NCBI GenBank assembly: GCA_027364655.1 | Contig: DAHXOX010000071.1 | Span: 4,938 to 68,937 of the forward strand | Direction of reading: 5' to 3' | From: Paludibacter sp. | GTDB lineage: Bacteria; Bacteroidota; Bacteroidia; Bacteroidales; Paludibacteraceae | DNA: 64,000 bases | In this document: one piece after another, positions 9,754 to 19,448 of the stretch | Layout: the number at the start of each line of letters is the position of its first letter | Position numbering within the stretch: position 1 is the stretch's first letter | Program-made: the position numbers and the translations under genes | Notes under the pieces: generated by a model | The model's input: only the letters and a program-made list of their open reading frames with translations | The model's database searches: none | Told to the model about the DNA's origin: nothing

Positions 9754-9814
9754 AGACAACTAAAAAAAGGAAAAGAGATGGTTTTATGTACACATCCCTT
9801 TTCGCGTTTGTTCA

Positions 9815-10381
9815 TTATGAATGGCAGCTACAGCCACCACCACTATTACAACTGTCATCGTCAGATCCGCAACTGCAATCACTGCCACAGCCACCGCCTT
9901 GAAAAGCAGCCAAATCTTCTTCTGTAGCTTCTCGTACTTCAAGCACTGAGCCTTTGAAATGCAACGTTTCACCAGCTAACGGATGGTTAAAGTCAACTGT
10001 AACAGTAGCATCACCAATTTCAACAATTTGAGCATTCAAACGAGTGCCGTCACTGTCCATTAAAGGCACTACATTTCCTTCAAAAATCGTATTTGAATCC
10101 AATTCTCCATCTACTTCGAATATAGAACGTGGAAGTGCCACAACGTTTTCGTCGTCATATTCTCCATAAGCATTCTTACTGTCAATGCTGAAATCAAACG
10201 TATCGTTGATTTTTAAACCGCGCAAATTTTGTTCGAACTCGGCCAACATCATTCCTATTCCAAAGCAAAAGGTCAACGGATTCTGTGCAGTCGCTTGTTC
10301 CATTAATTCTGGTTCTTCCTCACTACCACCTACATACAAGTCGTAAGTAACTGAAACCATTTTGTTTTCTTCAATTGTCAT
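9815..10381 (-). CDS. slyD: FKBP-type peptidyl-prolyl isomerase, SlyD-like, with a Cys-rich tail
   Basis: NAYGEY and VDFNHPLAGETLHF motifs; C-terminal GGGCGSDCSCG...CSCHS. ATG 10381 chosen because a TATCTTTG promoter box lies at 10415-10422. Confidence 0.9.
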   Translation of the reverse strand: MTIEENKMVSVTYDLYVGGSEEEPELMEQATAQNPLTFCFGIGMMLAEFEQNLRGLKINDTFDFSIDSKNAYGEYDDENVVALPRSIFEVDGELDSNTIFEGNVVPLMDSDGTRLNAQIVEIGDATVTVDFNHPLAGETLHFKGSVLEVREATEEDLAAFQGGGCGSDCSCGSDDDSCNSGGGCSCHS

Positions 10382-10591
10382 TTTATTGCTGTTTATTGTG
10401 TATGAAAATTGGTACAAAGATAGGCATTGAACGTCAAACTACGACCGATGTTTTTGGCTTTCAGTTATTTTTAGGAAAACATCGGTTAAGAACCGTCATT
10501 CAATCTGACCTTTCTCACTTTCTTTTGAAGAAAAAAGCGTATCATTGGATGCTAATAATGTTCTACTTGTAATAATTTGAATAACACCACT

Positions 10592-11602
10592 ATGATGACA
10601 ATAAAGAACTTATTACTGACAGGTATCTGCTGCTTCCTTTTCAATACTGCTTTTGCACAACGCTCACACAAAGAGGCCATCATACCCATTGATACCTCCT
10701 ATTCTGTAGTTCATGAATGGACACAGAACCACAAAAAATATTCTTTCATCACGGTGGTAGAAGTGGGCGATACAACGGGATTGACAATCGAAAACAATAT
10801 TATTTACACTCATTACGGAGCAAGAAAACTTCATCTTGATGTGGCACAACCCAAGGGGATGACATCTGAAAAACAACCCGTTGTGCTCATTGTACATGCA
10901 GGTGGTTGGAGTTCAGGCAATCAAAGTATGGATCGAACTATTGCGTATGAATTAGCTCGTCATGGATTTGCCACCGTTTGTCCGGAATATCGTATGTCGC
11001 CGGAAGCCAAGTATCCAGCCGCTGTTCAAGATGTTGAAACCGCATTGCGTTGGATACGAGCCTCAGCAAAACGATTTCATTTCGATCCAAACAGAATTGC
11101 AATTTTGGGGACGTCAGCAGGAGGTCAACTTGCGGCACTCATTGGAAGTATAAACGCCCCATACCCGGCATTTGAGACTCCTGCATATACGCACAATTCT
11201 GTTCGCGTTAATGCCGTGGTTGACATGGATGGTATTTTGACTTTCATTGGTCATGGCTCAGGTGAAGGGCACGATGAACCCGGCAAATTATCAGCCGCTA
11301 CCCGCTGGTTTGGCGCTCCTATGAATATCGATCCTGCTCCGGCAATACAAGCATCTGCCCTGACACATGTCAATGCCAAAAGCGCACCGATTCTTTTTGT
11401 TAATAGTTGCCTTGCCCGAATGCATGCCGGTAGAGATGAAATGATTGCTAAACTCAATCAATATGGCATTTACAATGAAACACACGAAATACCTGACACA
11501 CCACACACATTTTGGCTATTTCATCCGTGGTTCGACACGGCTATGACCTTCACTATCGGTTTTTTACATAAAGAATTGAAAAATAACACACTGAAGAAAT
11601 GA
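10592..11602 (+). CDS. Secreted alpha/beta-hydrolase (esterase/lipase family)
   Basis: Signal peptide; HAGGW oxyanion motif, GTSAGG nucleophile elbow, C-terminal His (PHTFW). Confidence 0.85.
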   Translation: MMTIKNLLLTGICCFLFNTAFAQRSHKEAIIPIDTSYSVVHEWTQNHKKYSFITVVEVGDTTGLTIENNIIYTHYGARKLHLDVAQPKGMTSEKQPVVLIVHAGGWSSGNQSMDRTIAYELARHGFATVCPEYRMSPEAKYPAAVQDVETALRWIRASAKRFHFDPNRIAILGTSAGGQLAALIGSINAPYPAFETPAYTHNSVRVNAVVDMDGILTFIGHGSGEGHDEPGKLSAATRWFGAPMNIDPAPAIQASALTHVNAKSAPILFVNSCLARMHAGRDEMIAKLNQYGIYNETHEIPDTPHTFWLFHPWFDTAMTFTIGFLHKELKNNTLKK

Positions 11603-11676
11603 ATAAAACACCTAAGCACCAAAATTGTTACTCAAAACTTGCAAAGATGAATTAAAATGCCTATTTTGCGCCACTA

Positions 11677-12069
11677 ATGAAGGATGCCATGAAAAAAGAA
11701 AAGATTCAGTTAGAATATGTATTCTCGAACATTTCATTTAATGTTCTGTGGAATAATATAAGTACTGCAAGTGGCTTATCTGATTGGTTTGCCGACAAAG
11801 TGCATGTAGAAGGACGTTTGTTTAATTTTAGCTGGGGCGATCACAGCCAACAGGCAGAAATGATACAACTCCATAATGGATCTTTTATTCGATTTCGATG
11901 GTTAGACGACACGGAGCATACCTACTTCGAATTTAAACTCGTCGTGGACGAATTAGTCCCTGGCATTGCTCTCATTATCACCGATTTTGCTACTCCTGAA
12001 GAAAAAACAGATGTTGCATTGCTTTGGAATAAACAGGTAAGTTATCTCAAAGAACGTTCAGGTATTTAA
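11677..12069 (+). CDS. START-like (SRPBCC) domain protein, Bacteroidetes type
   Basis: ISTASGLSDWFADKV, FSW, IRFRW and LIITDFA pattern. Confidence 0.8.
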   Translation: MKDAMKKEKIQLEYVFSNISFNVLWNNISTASGLSDWFADKVHVEGRLFNFSWGDHSQQAEMIQLHNGSFIRFRWLDDTEHTYFEFKLVVDELVPGIALIITDFATPEEKTDVALLWNKQVSYLKERSGI

Positions 12070-12077
12070 GCTAACAC

Positions 12078-12662
12078 CTACAGATTTAAAAAATTAGTCA
12101 GAATTTGTTCTCCGACTTTCCCCGATTTTTCTGGATGGAACTGCACTGCAAAGAAATTATCTTTCTGTAAAGCAGCGCTATATGGAATCATATATTCAAC
12201 AGAAGCCAACGTGTACTCACTCAATGGGGCATAGAATCCATGAACAAAATAGACGTAACTATGTTCAGGAACCTGATTGAAAAGAGGTCCTTTCAAACCA
12301 AAAATATCGTTCCAACCAATTTGTGGAATTTTCAAACCTAACTGAGGAAATTGCCTGATAGGTCGATCAATGATGTTTAAGCAGTCGGTCTGATTCTCAT
12401 CGGAGAAATTGCACAACAACTGCATACCTAAACATATGCCCAAAACAGGTTGTTTCAGCGATTGGATCACTTGTGCCAATCCGTGTTCATTTAAATAACT
12501 CATTGCAGAAGAAGCTTCTCCTACTCCGGGAAATATCACTTTGTCAGCCTTACGAATTAAAGCAGGATCATCACTTACCACGGCATGATAGCCAAGCCGC
12601 TCTAAGGCAAAAAGTACAGAACGGATATTGCCTGCGTTATATTTTATGATTACAATTTCCAT
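12078..12662 (-). CDS. hisH: Imidazole glycerol phosphate synthase, glutaminase subunit
   Basis: YNAGN, PGVG, LGICLGMQ (catalytic Cys), YFVH and QFHPEKSG motifs. Confidence 0.95.
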   Translation of the reverse strand: MEIVIIKYNAGNIRSVLFALERLGYHAVVSDDPALIRKADKVIFPGVGEASSAMSYLNEHGLAQVIQSLKQPVLGICLGMQLLCNFSDENQTDCLNIIDRPIRQFPQLGLKIPQIGWNDIFGLKGPLFNQVPEHSYVYFVHGFYAPLSEYTLASVEYMIPYSAALQKDNFFAVQFHPEKSGKVGEQILTNFLNL

Positions 12663-12703
12663 ATCAAATTCTTGAAGAGATAATTTTTACATGCTTGCCC
12701 GAT

Positions 12704-12743
12704 AAAAAAAGTTTTGCCGGTATTTTCACAAACACCGGCAAAA
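12704..12743 (-). terminator. Intrinsic terminator after the ECF/DUF4252 operon
   Basis: TTTTGCCGG...CCGGCAAAA stem; the A7 run on + gives a U-tract on the minus strand. Confidence 0.65.
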
Positions 12744-12801
12744 GTAATCAATTTCAGGTAAAAAAAGATGAAAAAAAATCAAGTTGTAAAAGCACTGTCT
12801 G

Positions 12802-13272
12802 TTATTTTGCTATTTTCTCTAAGTCGTCGTGTGTTAAATTTCCCTTCATAATAATAAGACTCAATTGATCAGCATTCTGAGCCACAATTACTAATTCGGA
12901 ACCATTATTTGTATCTGTTGAACCATATACTGTTGAGTGATCTGTCTTGTTACGTGTTACCATCATTTTTTCAAAATTGCCTCTCGTTAGCACTTTGTCC
13001 AATTCCATTTGAAAATTTCTCCGCAAAACAGCTTTATTATCAAGATTAATGGTCAAAATTTTCATCGTCTTGATGCGTGATAACACCTCTTTTGTTTCCT
13101 TGTCGATATTCGCACCGCCAAACCATTGAGTCAAATTAAACAACCCCTTTTGAATGGAGACATACTCACAATCCTTATCGTTTGAATATTTATCTATCAG
13201 TTTATCAATTGTTTGAGCATTTACTGTTAGAGTAGCTAACGCTAACAGTACCAAAATAAGCTTAGTTTTCAT
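12802..13272 (-). CDS. DUF4252-family exported protein
   Basis: Signal peptide; IDKLIDKY....EYVSI.K.LF pattern and C-terminal ELVI...LIIMKGNLT; lies downstream of an ECF sigma/anti-sigma pair. Confidence 0.8.
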   Translation of the reverse strand: MKTKLILVLLALATLTVNAQTIDKLIDKYSNDKDCEYVSIQKGLFNLTQWFGGANIDKETKEVLSRIKTMKILTINLDNKAVLRRNFQMELDKVLTRGNFEKMMVTRNKTDHSTVYGSTDTNNGSELVIVAQNADQLSLIIMKGNLTHDDLEKIAK

Positions 13273-13810
13273 TCTTAGTTATCGTTTCGTTTATAGTTGC
13301 AGAATCATTTGAAAGGGTATCGTGTTTTTGAAACAAAGAAACAAGGCTTAAATGCTTTTCGACACGGCCAAATTTCTCAACCTGAGCAAGGCCTGTATTG
13401 AAATTCCCCGTTACCAGATGAAGTTTTGCAGCAGCCATCATTAACGCTTTTTCAGGGTCATTGATACGCTGACCATTGACAATCATATAATTATTTTGAC
13501 GTTCAAGGTAATAAACAGTTCCTAAGGTGAGGAAAAGCGATGCCGCTGCCGCCGTACTCCACAATACAAGATGATGCACAAATGAATGGCGTTTATGTGT
13601 CAATTTTGCAAGAATGGTCCTCTCAAAATGTTGATCTAATAAACTTTCATTATGTTGATCGCTTAGATTGACAAACAAATAGCGGTATTTTTCCAATGAT
13701 GAAGGTAATTCGCTTGTCAAAAAATATTTTTTTAACAACGCCTCTTCTTGCAAAGAAGTTTCTGCATCAAAATATTTTTGCAAAAGTGTTTCAACGTTGT
13801 TCATATTCAT
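13262..13810 (-). CDS. Putative membrane anti-sigma factor
   Basis: N-terminal LLQKYFDAETSLQEEALLKKYF helix, one TM segment; overlaps the ECF sigma stop by 4 nt. Confidence 0.75.
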   Translation of the reverse strand: MNMNNVETLLQKYFDAETSLQEEALLKKYFLTSELPSSLEKYRYLFVNLSDQHNESLLDQHFERTILAKLTHKRHSFVHHLVLWSTAAAASLFLTLGTVYYLERQNNYMIVNGQRINDPEKALMMAAAKLHLVTGNFNTGLAQVEKFGRVEKHLSLVSLFQKHDTLSNDSATINETITKNEN

Positions 13811-14298
13811 TTTCCATTAATTAAATCTCTTATCCGTTGTCTTGCCCGTGAAAGATTTACTTTAATCGCATTTTCTGTCAATCCTGTAATCTGGACTATT
13901 TCATCAAACTCCAAATCTTCAACATCTCGTAAATGGATGACCGTCCGCTGCTGCTCCGGCAATAAAGCCATCAATTTTTTTATTCTATCAACTAAATCTT
14001 GCTGTTCAGCTTGTTCGTAAGGAGATCGCTCCGAAGAGAAGTTGTCATCAGTTATTTCTTGAAAATCATTTCTTTTTAGAATCCTCAATTGATCCAAACA
14101 ATGATTTCGTGCTAACTGCAAACAAAAAGCTCTGACATTCTCAGCTTTCTCAATTTGATCTCTTTGCGCCCACAATTTCAAATAAATATCCTGCACTGCA
14201 TCTTCTGCATACGTTGCATTGCCGAGCAGCGCTTTTGCTAATCGATAAATGTTATTCTTTAGCGGTAGGATTTTTATTTCAAATTGGTGTAAATCCAT
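13807..14298 (-). CDS. ECF RNA polymerase sigma factor
   Basis: Region 2 (AEDAVQDIYLKLW, RNHCLD) and region 4 (LPEQQRTVIHLR..EI..ITG....VKVNLSRARQRIR-like) motifs. Confidence 0.95.
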   Translation of the reverse strand: MDLHQFEIKILPLKNNIYRLAKALLGNATYAEDAVQDIYLKLWAQRDQIEKAENVRAFCLQLARNHCLDQLRILKRNDFQEITDDNFSSERSPYEQAEQQDLVDRIKKLMALLPEQQRTVIHLRDVEDLEFDEIVQITGLTENAIKVNLSRARQRIRDLINGK

Positions 14299-14310
14299 TA
14301 CATAATAGAT

Positions 14311-14336
14311 GACGAATGCGCCGGAAAAAGGTTACA
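14311..14336 (-). promoter_or_regulatory. ECF-type autoregulatory promoter, TGTAAC-N16-CGTC
   Basis: The minus strand reads TGTAAC ctttttccggcgcatt CGTC, ending 12 nt before the sigma ATG; classic AAC/CGT ECF spacing. Confidence 0.75.
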
Positions 14337-14441
14337 GCGGTTATTCTTTTTTAACTAACAAAACTTCATCACTCCTATTTCACGATGTAAAAATAGCTAT
14401 TTTTGTACCCCTTTCATTACAATCATAATTTATTATCTACT

Positions 14442-15218
14442 ATGAAGAAAACGTTTTCATTCTTATTGGTCCTTGCTGGCTTTATAATGCCGCAGATGGC
14501 TTTTGGCTGGGGCATGACCGGCCATCGTGTCATTGGAAAAATTGCTGAGATGAATCTTGGAAAACATACCATAAAAAACTTAAATCAAGTCTTAGATAAC
14601 GCCAGTGTGGCAATGGTTTCCAATTGGGGTGATTTTGTCAAGTCTGACTCAGCTTTGGCATACACTGCAATATGGCACTACAAGGATTTACCCTCTGGCC
14701 TTTCGCGTGAAGAATTTAACAAACAAGCCATTACCTTAGATAATGGTGAAGTGGTATATCGCGTTTTACAACTTATTGCAGAACTAAAAAAGCAACCGGA
14801 CAATGCGAACAACCTGAAAATGTTGATTCATTTGATTGGCGACATGCACCAACCGCTACATATGGGGCATCCTGAAGACAAAGGCGGAAACATGATTAAA
14901 ATCCGATGGATGGGAAGAGAAACCAACTTGCATTCACTATGGGACAGCGGATTAATAGATTTCCAACAATTAAGCTACACGGAATATGCCCATTATTTGT
15001 TCAAAACACACACTTTCGCTTTACCACCTTTCAAACCCTCGATGGTACTCGATTGGGCATGGGGAACCTACCAGGCAGCTCAAGTTGTGTACAATTCAGT
15101 AGATCAACTGAAAAATCCATTTTATTACGACTATCGGTATCTTTCATTATTGGAAAGTCGTTTAACTGATGCCGGCGATCATCTTGCCATTGTACTTAAT
15201 TATTTGTACAATAAATAA
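14442..15218 (+). CDS. S1/P1 nuclease, secreted
   Basis: Signal peptide followed by WGMTGH (Trp1/His6 Zn ligands); WHY, HLIGDMHQPLH and NLHSLWD motifs. Confidence 0.93.
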   Translation: MKKTFSFLLVLAGFIMPQMAFGWGMTGHRVIGKIAEMNLGKHTIKNLNQVLDNASVAMVSNWGDFVKSDSALAYTAIWHYKDLPSGLSREEFNKQAITLDNGEVVYRVLQLIAELKKQPDNANNLKMLIHLIGDMHQPLHMGHPEDKGGNMIKIRWMGRETNLHSLWDSGLIDFQQLSYTEYAHYLFKTHTFALPPFKPSMVLDWAWGTYQAAQVVYNSVDQLKNPFYYDYRYLSLLESRLTDAGDHLAIVLNYLYNK

Positions 15219-15253
15219 GTAAAACCACATTCACAACGCACATTTCTTCTACT

Positions 15254-15304
15254 AATTCATCCTCATCAGTTGGCTTGAAGTCACCGGATGAGGATGAATT
15301 TTTC
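15254..15304. terminator. Bidirectional terminator between convergent genes
   Basis: 14-bp stem AATTCATCCTCATC/GATGAGGATGAATT followed by a T-run. Confidence 0.75.
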
Positions 15305-15330
15305 TACATTTGAGTACAACAATATCGTAA

Positions 15331-16110
15331 TCACCCGCACAAAACATACAAATCAGATCGAGGATTGAGAAACAACAGTGGAACACGGCTTGTGGCAATC
15401 ATTTTGCGTTCCGGCGGGCCAAATATCAAATCATCTAATCCATATTCTCTGGAAGCAGTTAAAATCACACCGTCAGCCTCTCCTCGCGAAGCTCGTTTAA
15501 CGGCCTCTTGCTGAATACTAAAACTATCTTTCACCCCTTTCACAATCTGATAAGAAACAGAGAATTTTGAGAACAGAGATTGAATGGCATCCAAATTGCT
15601 TGCTGCCCGAGTTCCATAATCGTTGGCTAACAACAAATCAACGGATGATCCATGAAAACGAGCAAACGATGAGGCAATGACTCCTTTTTCTTTTTCTTCA
15701 GGCAAAAAACTAACAGGAACCAACCAACGTTTGAGCGACGACGGAGAAATTTCTTCTTTCGTAAAAACATAGGGAATTCGCAAATCGCGACAAGCTCGAA
15801 GCAAAGGCATAATGCGATAAGAATGTACTTTTTGTGTCAAAGACATAATCAGCATGACAGCTTCCATCTCACTCAAAACAGTCGATAAAGAAGATAACGA
15901 CCCCAAAGCGCAATGCGTTAAAAAGGGTTGTTCATTTTGCCTTTTCCACTGAAGATGAATGGGTTCAATGTCAATCACATCTTTCGCATTCGAAGCCAAA
16001 GAAAGCAAGCAAAGCGGTTTATCAAAAGAGTTTGCCACTTCCAGAGCCAAACGAAAAGCTTGTGTCGGAAAATATCGAACATCGCACAATATCACAATGG
16101 AACCTTTCAT
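15331..16110 (-). CDS. Universal-stress-protein-like (tandem adenine nucleotide alpha-hydrolase domains)
   Basis: WLVPVSF, GVILTASREYG...GPPERKMIATSRVPLLFLNP, resembling the Usp C-terminal motif. Confidence 0.7.
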   Translation of the reverse strand: MKGSIVILCDVRYFPTQAFRLALEVANSFDKPLCLLSLASNAKDVIDIEPIHLQWKRQNEQPFLTHCALGSLSSLSTVLSEMEAVMLIMSLTQKVHSYRIMPLLRACRDLRIPYVFTKEEISPSSLKRWLVPVSFLPEEKEKGVIASSFARFHGSSVDLLLANDYGTRAASNLDAIQSLFSKFSVSYQIVKGVKDSFSIQQEAVKRASRGEADGVILTASREYGLDDLIFGPPERKMIATSRVPLLFLNPRSDLYVLCG

Positions 16111-16186
16111 CCAAAAATAATTTGTTTATTGAACGCCGGAAAGAGCTTTTTCGCTAACGAGATATGTGTCACCGCGAAAAAGAATT

Positions 16187-17074
16187 TTAAGTCAAAAAAA
16201 GCAATACACAGCCGCCCACACTGACAAATGCACCAACTACTTGAAAAAGAGTAATTCGTTGTTTAAACATAATCGCAGACGGTACGATGATAAAAATGGG
16301 CACTAAGCCGATTAAGGTAGCTGCCACTCCGGCAGAAGTATGTTGAATGGCGTACAATGAAAGCGCCACGCCTACAAAAGGGCCGAAGAAAGAACCAATA
16401 AAAACGGAACGAAGTCCCTTTCGGTCTTTTGAAGCAATGCGCACATTTCCCCAACGCTGCAAAAAAGTCACCAAAATGATAAAGGAAAGCCCGCCGGTCA
16501 ACGCCCGAATTTGTGTAGCTGCCATTGCATCGTAATTACCAATGCCTTTTTTACTGATCACCAATCCTAATGCTTGGCCAACAGCTCCACCCAGCGCAAA
16601 TAAAAAGCCTTTTAATGGCACTTTAAAATTGAGTTTTTCGCCTGTTTCTTTGCCCAACATAGCAATGAGAATTCCTGACACAGTGACAAAGATTCCGATC
16701 GTTTTGAGCCAAGAGAGTCTTTCGCCTAAGAAGACAAAGCCAACAAAAGCAGTGATTGGAGGAGCCAATGTCATCACTAATTGTGCCATACGCGACCCAA
16801 TGATGGTGTAAGAGTAAAAAAGACAGAGATCGCCTAAGAAAAACCCGATAAAGCCTGACAATGAAAGCCAAAACCATTGATATGGGGTAGCATCCAACGG
16901 CAGAAAGAGGCCACGTGTGATCCATGTGGCGACTCCCAACAACACAACAGCCATCACCAGCCGAATCACATTCACAGACAACGATCCAAGACGACTCCCT
17001 GCCATCTCAAAAAAAAGAGCACTCACTGTCCAGCAAAAAGCAACGCCAAGGGCGGAAATTTCTCCAATATACAC
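16187..17074 (-). CDS. EamA/DMT-family transporter
   Basis: About 10 TM segments in two repeats (GFFLGD, FLGERL, GPFVGV). GTG start at 17074 (VYIGEISAL) preferred over 17233. Confidence 0.88.
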   Translation of the reverse strand: MYIGEISALGVAFCWTVSALFFEMAGSRLGSLSVNVIRLVMAVVLLGVATWITRGLFLPLDATPYQWFWLSLSGFIGFFLGDLCLFYSYTIIGSRMAQLVMTLAPPITAFVGFVFLGERLSWLKTIGIFVTVSGILIAMLGKETGEKLNFKVPLKGFLFALGGAVGQALGLVISKKGIGNYDAMAATQIRALTGGLSFIILVTFLQRWGNVRIASKDRKGLRSVFIGSFFGPFVGVALSLYAIQHTSAGVAATLIGLVPIFIIVPSAIMFKQRITLFQVVGAFVSVGGCVLLFLT

Positions 17075-17246
17075 GTTAAACAGGAATAAAAAATGAAATG
17101 CAAAAGTAGGTAATATCTTTTGAATGAGCAGGTATTTGTTGCTTTTACGTTTAAATTCTACCTTTGTCAATAAAATATGCCCATCACACACACGAAGTTT
17201 GTTGATTTGCATGCCATTATTTGTCACATTCACACTTACCTTTGCT

Positions 17247-17984
17247 ATGGCAACAATTTCTAAAGAAAGAATATTATTCCTTGATATTGAGACAGTTTCT
17301 CAAACAAGAGATTACCATGAACTTCCCCCGCGACTTGCCCATTTATGGGAGGAGAAAGCTATTTCTCTTCAACAACGCATTCCTGACTCCTACACAAAAG
17401 AGATGGATGCCCAATCCATTTTTGCCAAAGGAGCCGCCATCTTTGCAGAATTCGGGAAGATCATTTGCATCTCAGTAGGCTTTATTTATCACAAAGAAAA
17501 TGAAGATCATTTTAGAGTAAAATCATTTTATGGCCATGATGAGAAAGCCATTCTATTGGAATTTGTAGCTATGCTTTCCCATTTTGGAAATACCGCCGAC
17601 ATTAATCTTTGCGGACACAACATCAAGGAGTTTGACATCCCTTATATTTGCAGAAGATTACTAATAAATAATCTGCCACTACCTGAAATTTTGAATATAG
17701 GAGCAAAAAAACCATGGGAAGTGCCCTTATTAGACACGTTGGAAATGTGGAAATTTGGTGATTACAAGCATTATACTTCTCTCAATTTATTGACAGCTCT
17801 TTTCGATATACCAACGCCAAAGGACGATATTAACGGAAGTCAGGTAACCGGCGTATATTACGAAGAGAACGATGTAAAACGAATATCTACCTATTGTGAA
17901 AAAGATGTCATAGCGACAACTCAACTCTTTCTGCGGCTTAACCAGATACCTATGATACAATTACATAATATTGAACACGTGTGA
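17247..17984 (+). CDS. PolB-related DEDD 3'-5' exonuclease
   Basis: FLDIET (ExoI), GHNIKEFDIPY (ExoII) and YCEKDV (ExoIII) motifs. Confidence 0.88.
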   Translation: MATISKERILFLDIETVSQTRDYHELPPRLAHLWEEKAISLQQRIPDSYTKEMDAQSIFAKGAAIFAEFGKIICISVGFIYHKENEDHFRVKSFYGHDEKAILLEFVAMLSHFGNTADINLCGHNIKEFDIPYICRRLLINNLPLPEILNIGAKKPWEVPLLDTLEMWKFGDYKHYTSLNLLTALFDIPTPKDDINGSQVTGVYYEENDVKRISTYCEKDVIATTQLFLRLNQIPMIQLHNIEHV

Positions 17985-18031
17985 ACTAATTAACAGCCGA
18001 TGAGGGCAACGCACAACCAAAACTGTACGAC

Positions 18032-19429
18032 ATGCTCATAGTAAAGAATCTTATCAGGACACTGTCAAGACATTTTTTTCTTGCCTTGCTTTTTATATTT
18101 CTGCTTCTGTCAGTTGGATGCCAAAGAAAAATTCGATCAGTTAAACCATCCGATTCTCTTTCCACAATTATCAAGCGAGACACGTTGAACGCTATCATGC
18201 TTTATGGTTCGTCAACCTATTTCATCTACAAAGACCAACCAATGGGCTATGATTATGATCTTTGCCACAATTTAGCCGATACACTTGGCGTAAAACTCAA
18301 TGTGATTGTTGCAAAAAACATTCAGGAAGCAATCAGACTTTTGCAAACAAGGAAAGGCGATCTTATTGCAGCGCCCATCGATCCAACATTTTATCATAAA
18401 AACCAATTAGCCGCTACTGACGTTGGCGAACAAAGCACGCAGGTGCTTGTGCAACCCTTGGGGAAAAACGCGTTGAATGATGTTACCGAGTTGGCAGGCA
18501 AAACCATTTATGTACAATCAAACTCCCGATATGCACAAAGATTACGCGATCTTAACAACGAATTAGGCAACACATTTACAATAAGGGAGGTAGCTGATTC
18601 TGTCAGTATGGATGCTTTGATTGAAATGGTAGCAAAAGGGAAGATTCAATACACCGTTACTTCGAATAAAATAGCAGAATTGAATCAAAACAATATTACG
18701 GGCGTCGATTTTCATTTAGTCATCAGTTTTCCGCAACGTTCCTCGTGGGTCACTTTAGTTTCAAACCAACCCTTAGTTGACCGCATCAATGAATGGTACA
18801 AACAAGCCGTTGCGTTAGGTACCACACAAGATTTGTATAGCAAATACACCTCTGAAAATAAATTTTTTGCCGATAAAACGATAAGGGTGCCACGAGGAGC
18901 AATTTCCCCTTATGATCGAATTTTCCAACATTACGCCAAACAGTTGGGCTGGAATTGGCGGTTATTAGCTGCTCAAGCCTACAATGAATCCCATTTTGAT
19001 GCTAACTGCGTCTCTTGGTCGGGTGCATCAGGGTTAATGCAACTTATGCCCAATACAGCAAGGAGGTTCGGAATTGATGGCAATGCTATCTTCAATCCCA
19101 CCAGCAATACTGACGCCGCGGTGCAATATCTCAAAATGCTCAATATGATTTTCCACAACATCCAAAACAAAGAAGAACGCATAAAATTTATTCTGGCAGC
19201 CTATCATACCGGACCGGGACACGTATTAGACGCCATGGCTTTAGCGAAGAAGTTTGGCAAAAATGCCCATCTTTGGGTTGGAAATGTTGAAACCTTTTTG
19301 AAATTAAAATCCGAACCTCAATATTACAATGATCCGGTGTGCCATAATGGGTATGTAAATGCCACACAAACTATTCGCTACGTGAAAGATGTTTTGGCGA
19401 AATTCGATTCGTATATGCGTCGCAAATAG
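18032..19429 (+). CDS. mltF: Membrane-bound lytic murein transglycosylase F-like (solute-binding domain + SLT domain)
   Basis: Lipobox (SVGC), PMGYDYDL, and SLT motifs NESHF, GASGLMQLMP, AAYHTG. Confidence 0.88.
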   Translation: MLIVKNLIRTLSRHFFLALLFIFLLLSVGCQRKIRSVKPSDSLSTIIKRDTLNAIMLYGSSTYFIYKDQPMGYDYDLCHNLADTLGVKLNVIVAKNIQEAIRLLQTRKGDLIAAPIDPTFYHKNQLAATDVGEQSTQVLVQPLGKNALNDVTELAGKTIYVQSNSRYAQRLRDLNNELGNTFTIREVADSVSMDALIEMVAKGKIQYTVTSNKIAELNQNNITGVDFHLVISFPQRSSWVTLVSNQPLVDRINEWYKQAVALGTTQDLYSKYTSENKFFADKTIRVPRGAISPYDRIFQHYAKQLGWNWRLLAAQAYNESHFDANCVSWSGASGLMQLMPNTARRFGIDGNAIFNPTSNTDAAVQYLKMLNMIFHNIQNKEERIKFILAAYHTGPGHVLDAMALAKKFGKNAHLWVGNVETFLKLKSEPQYYNDPVCHNGYVNATQTIRYVKDVLAKFDSYMRRK

Positions 19430-19448
19430 AGCGATAACAATCTTTTTC

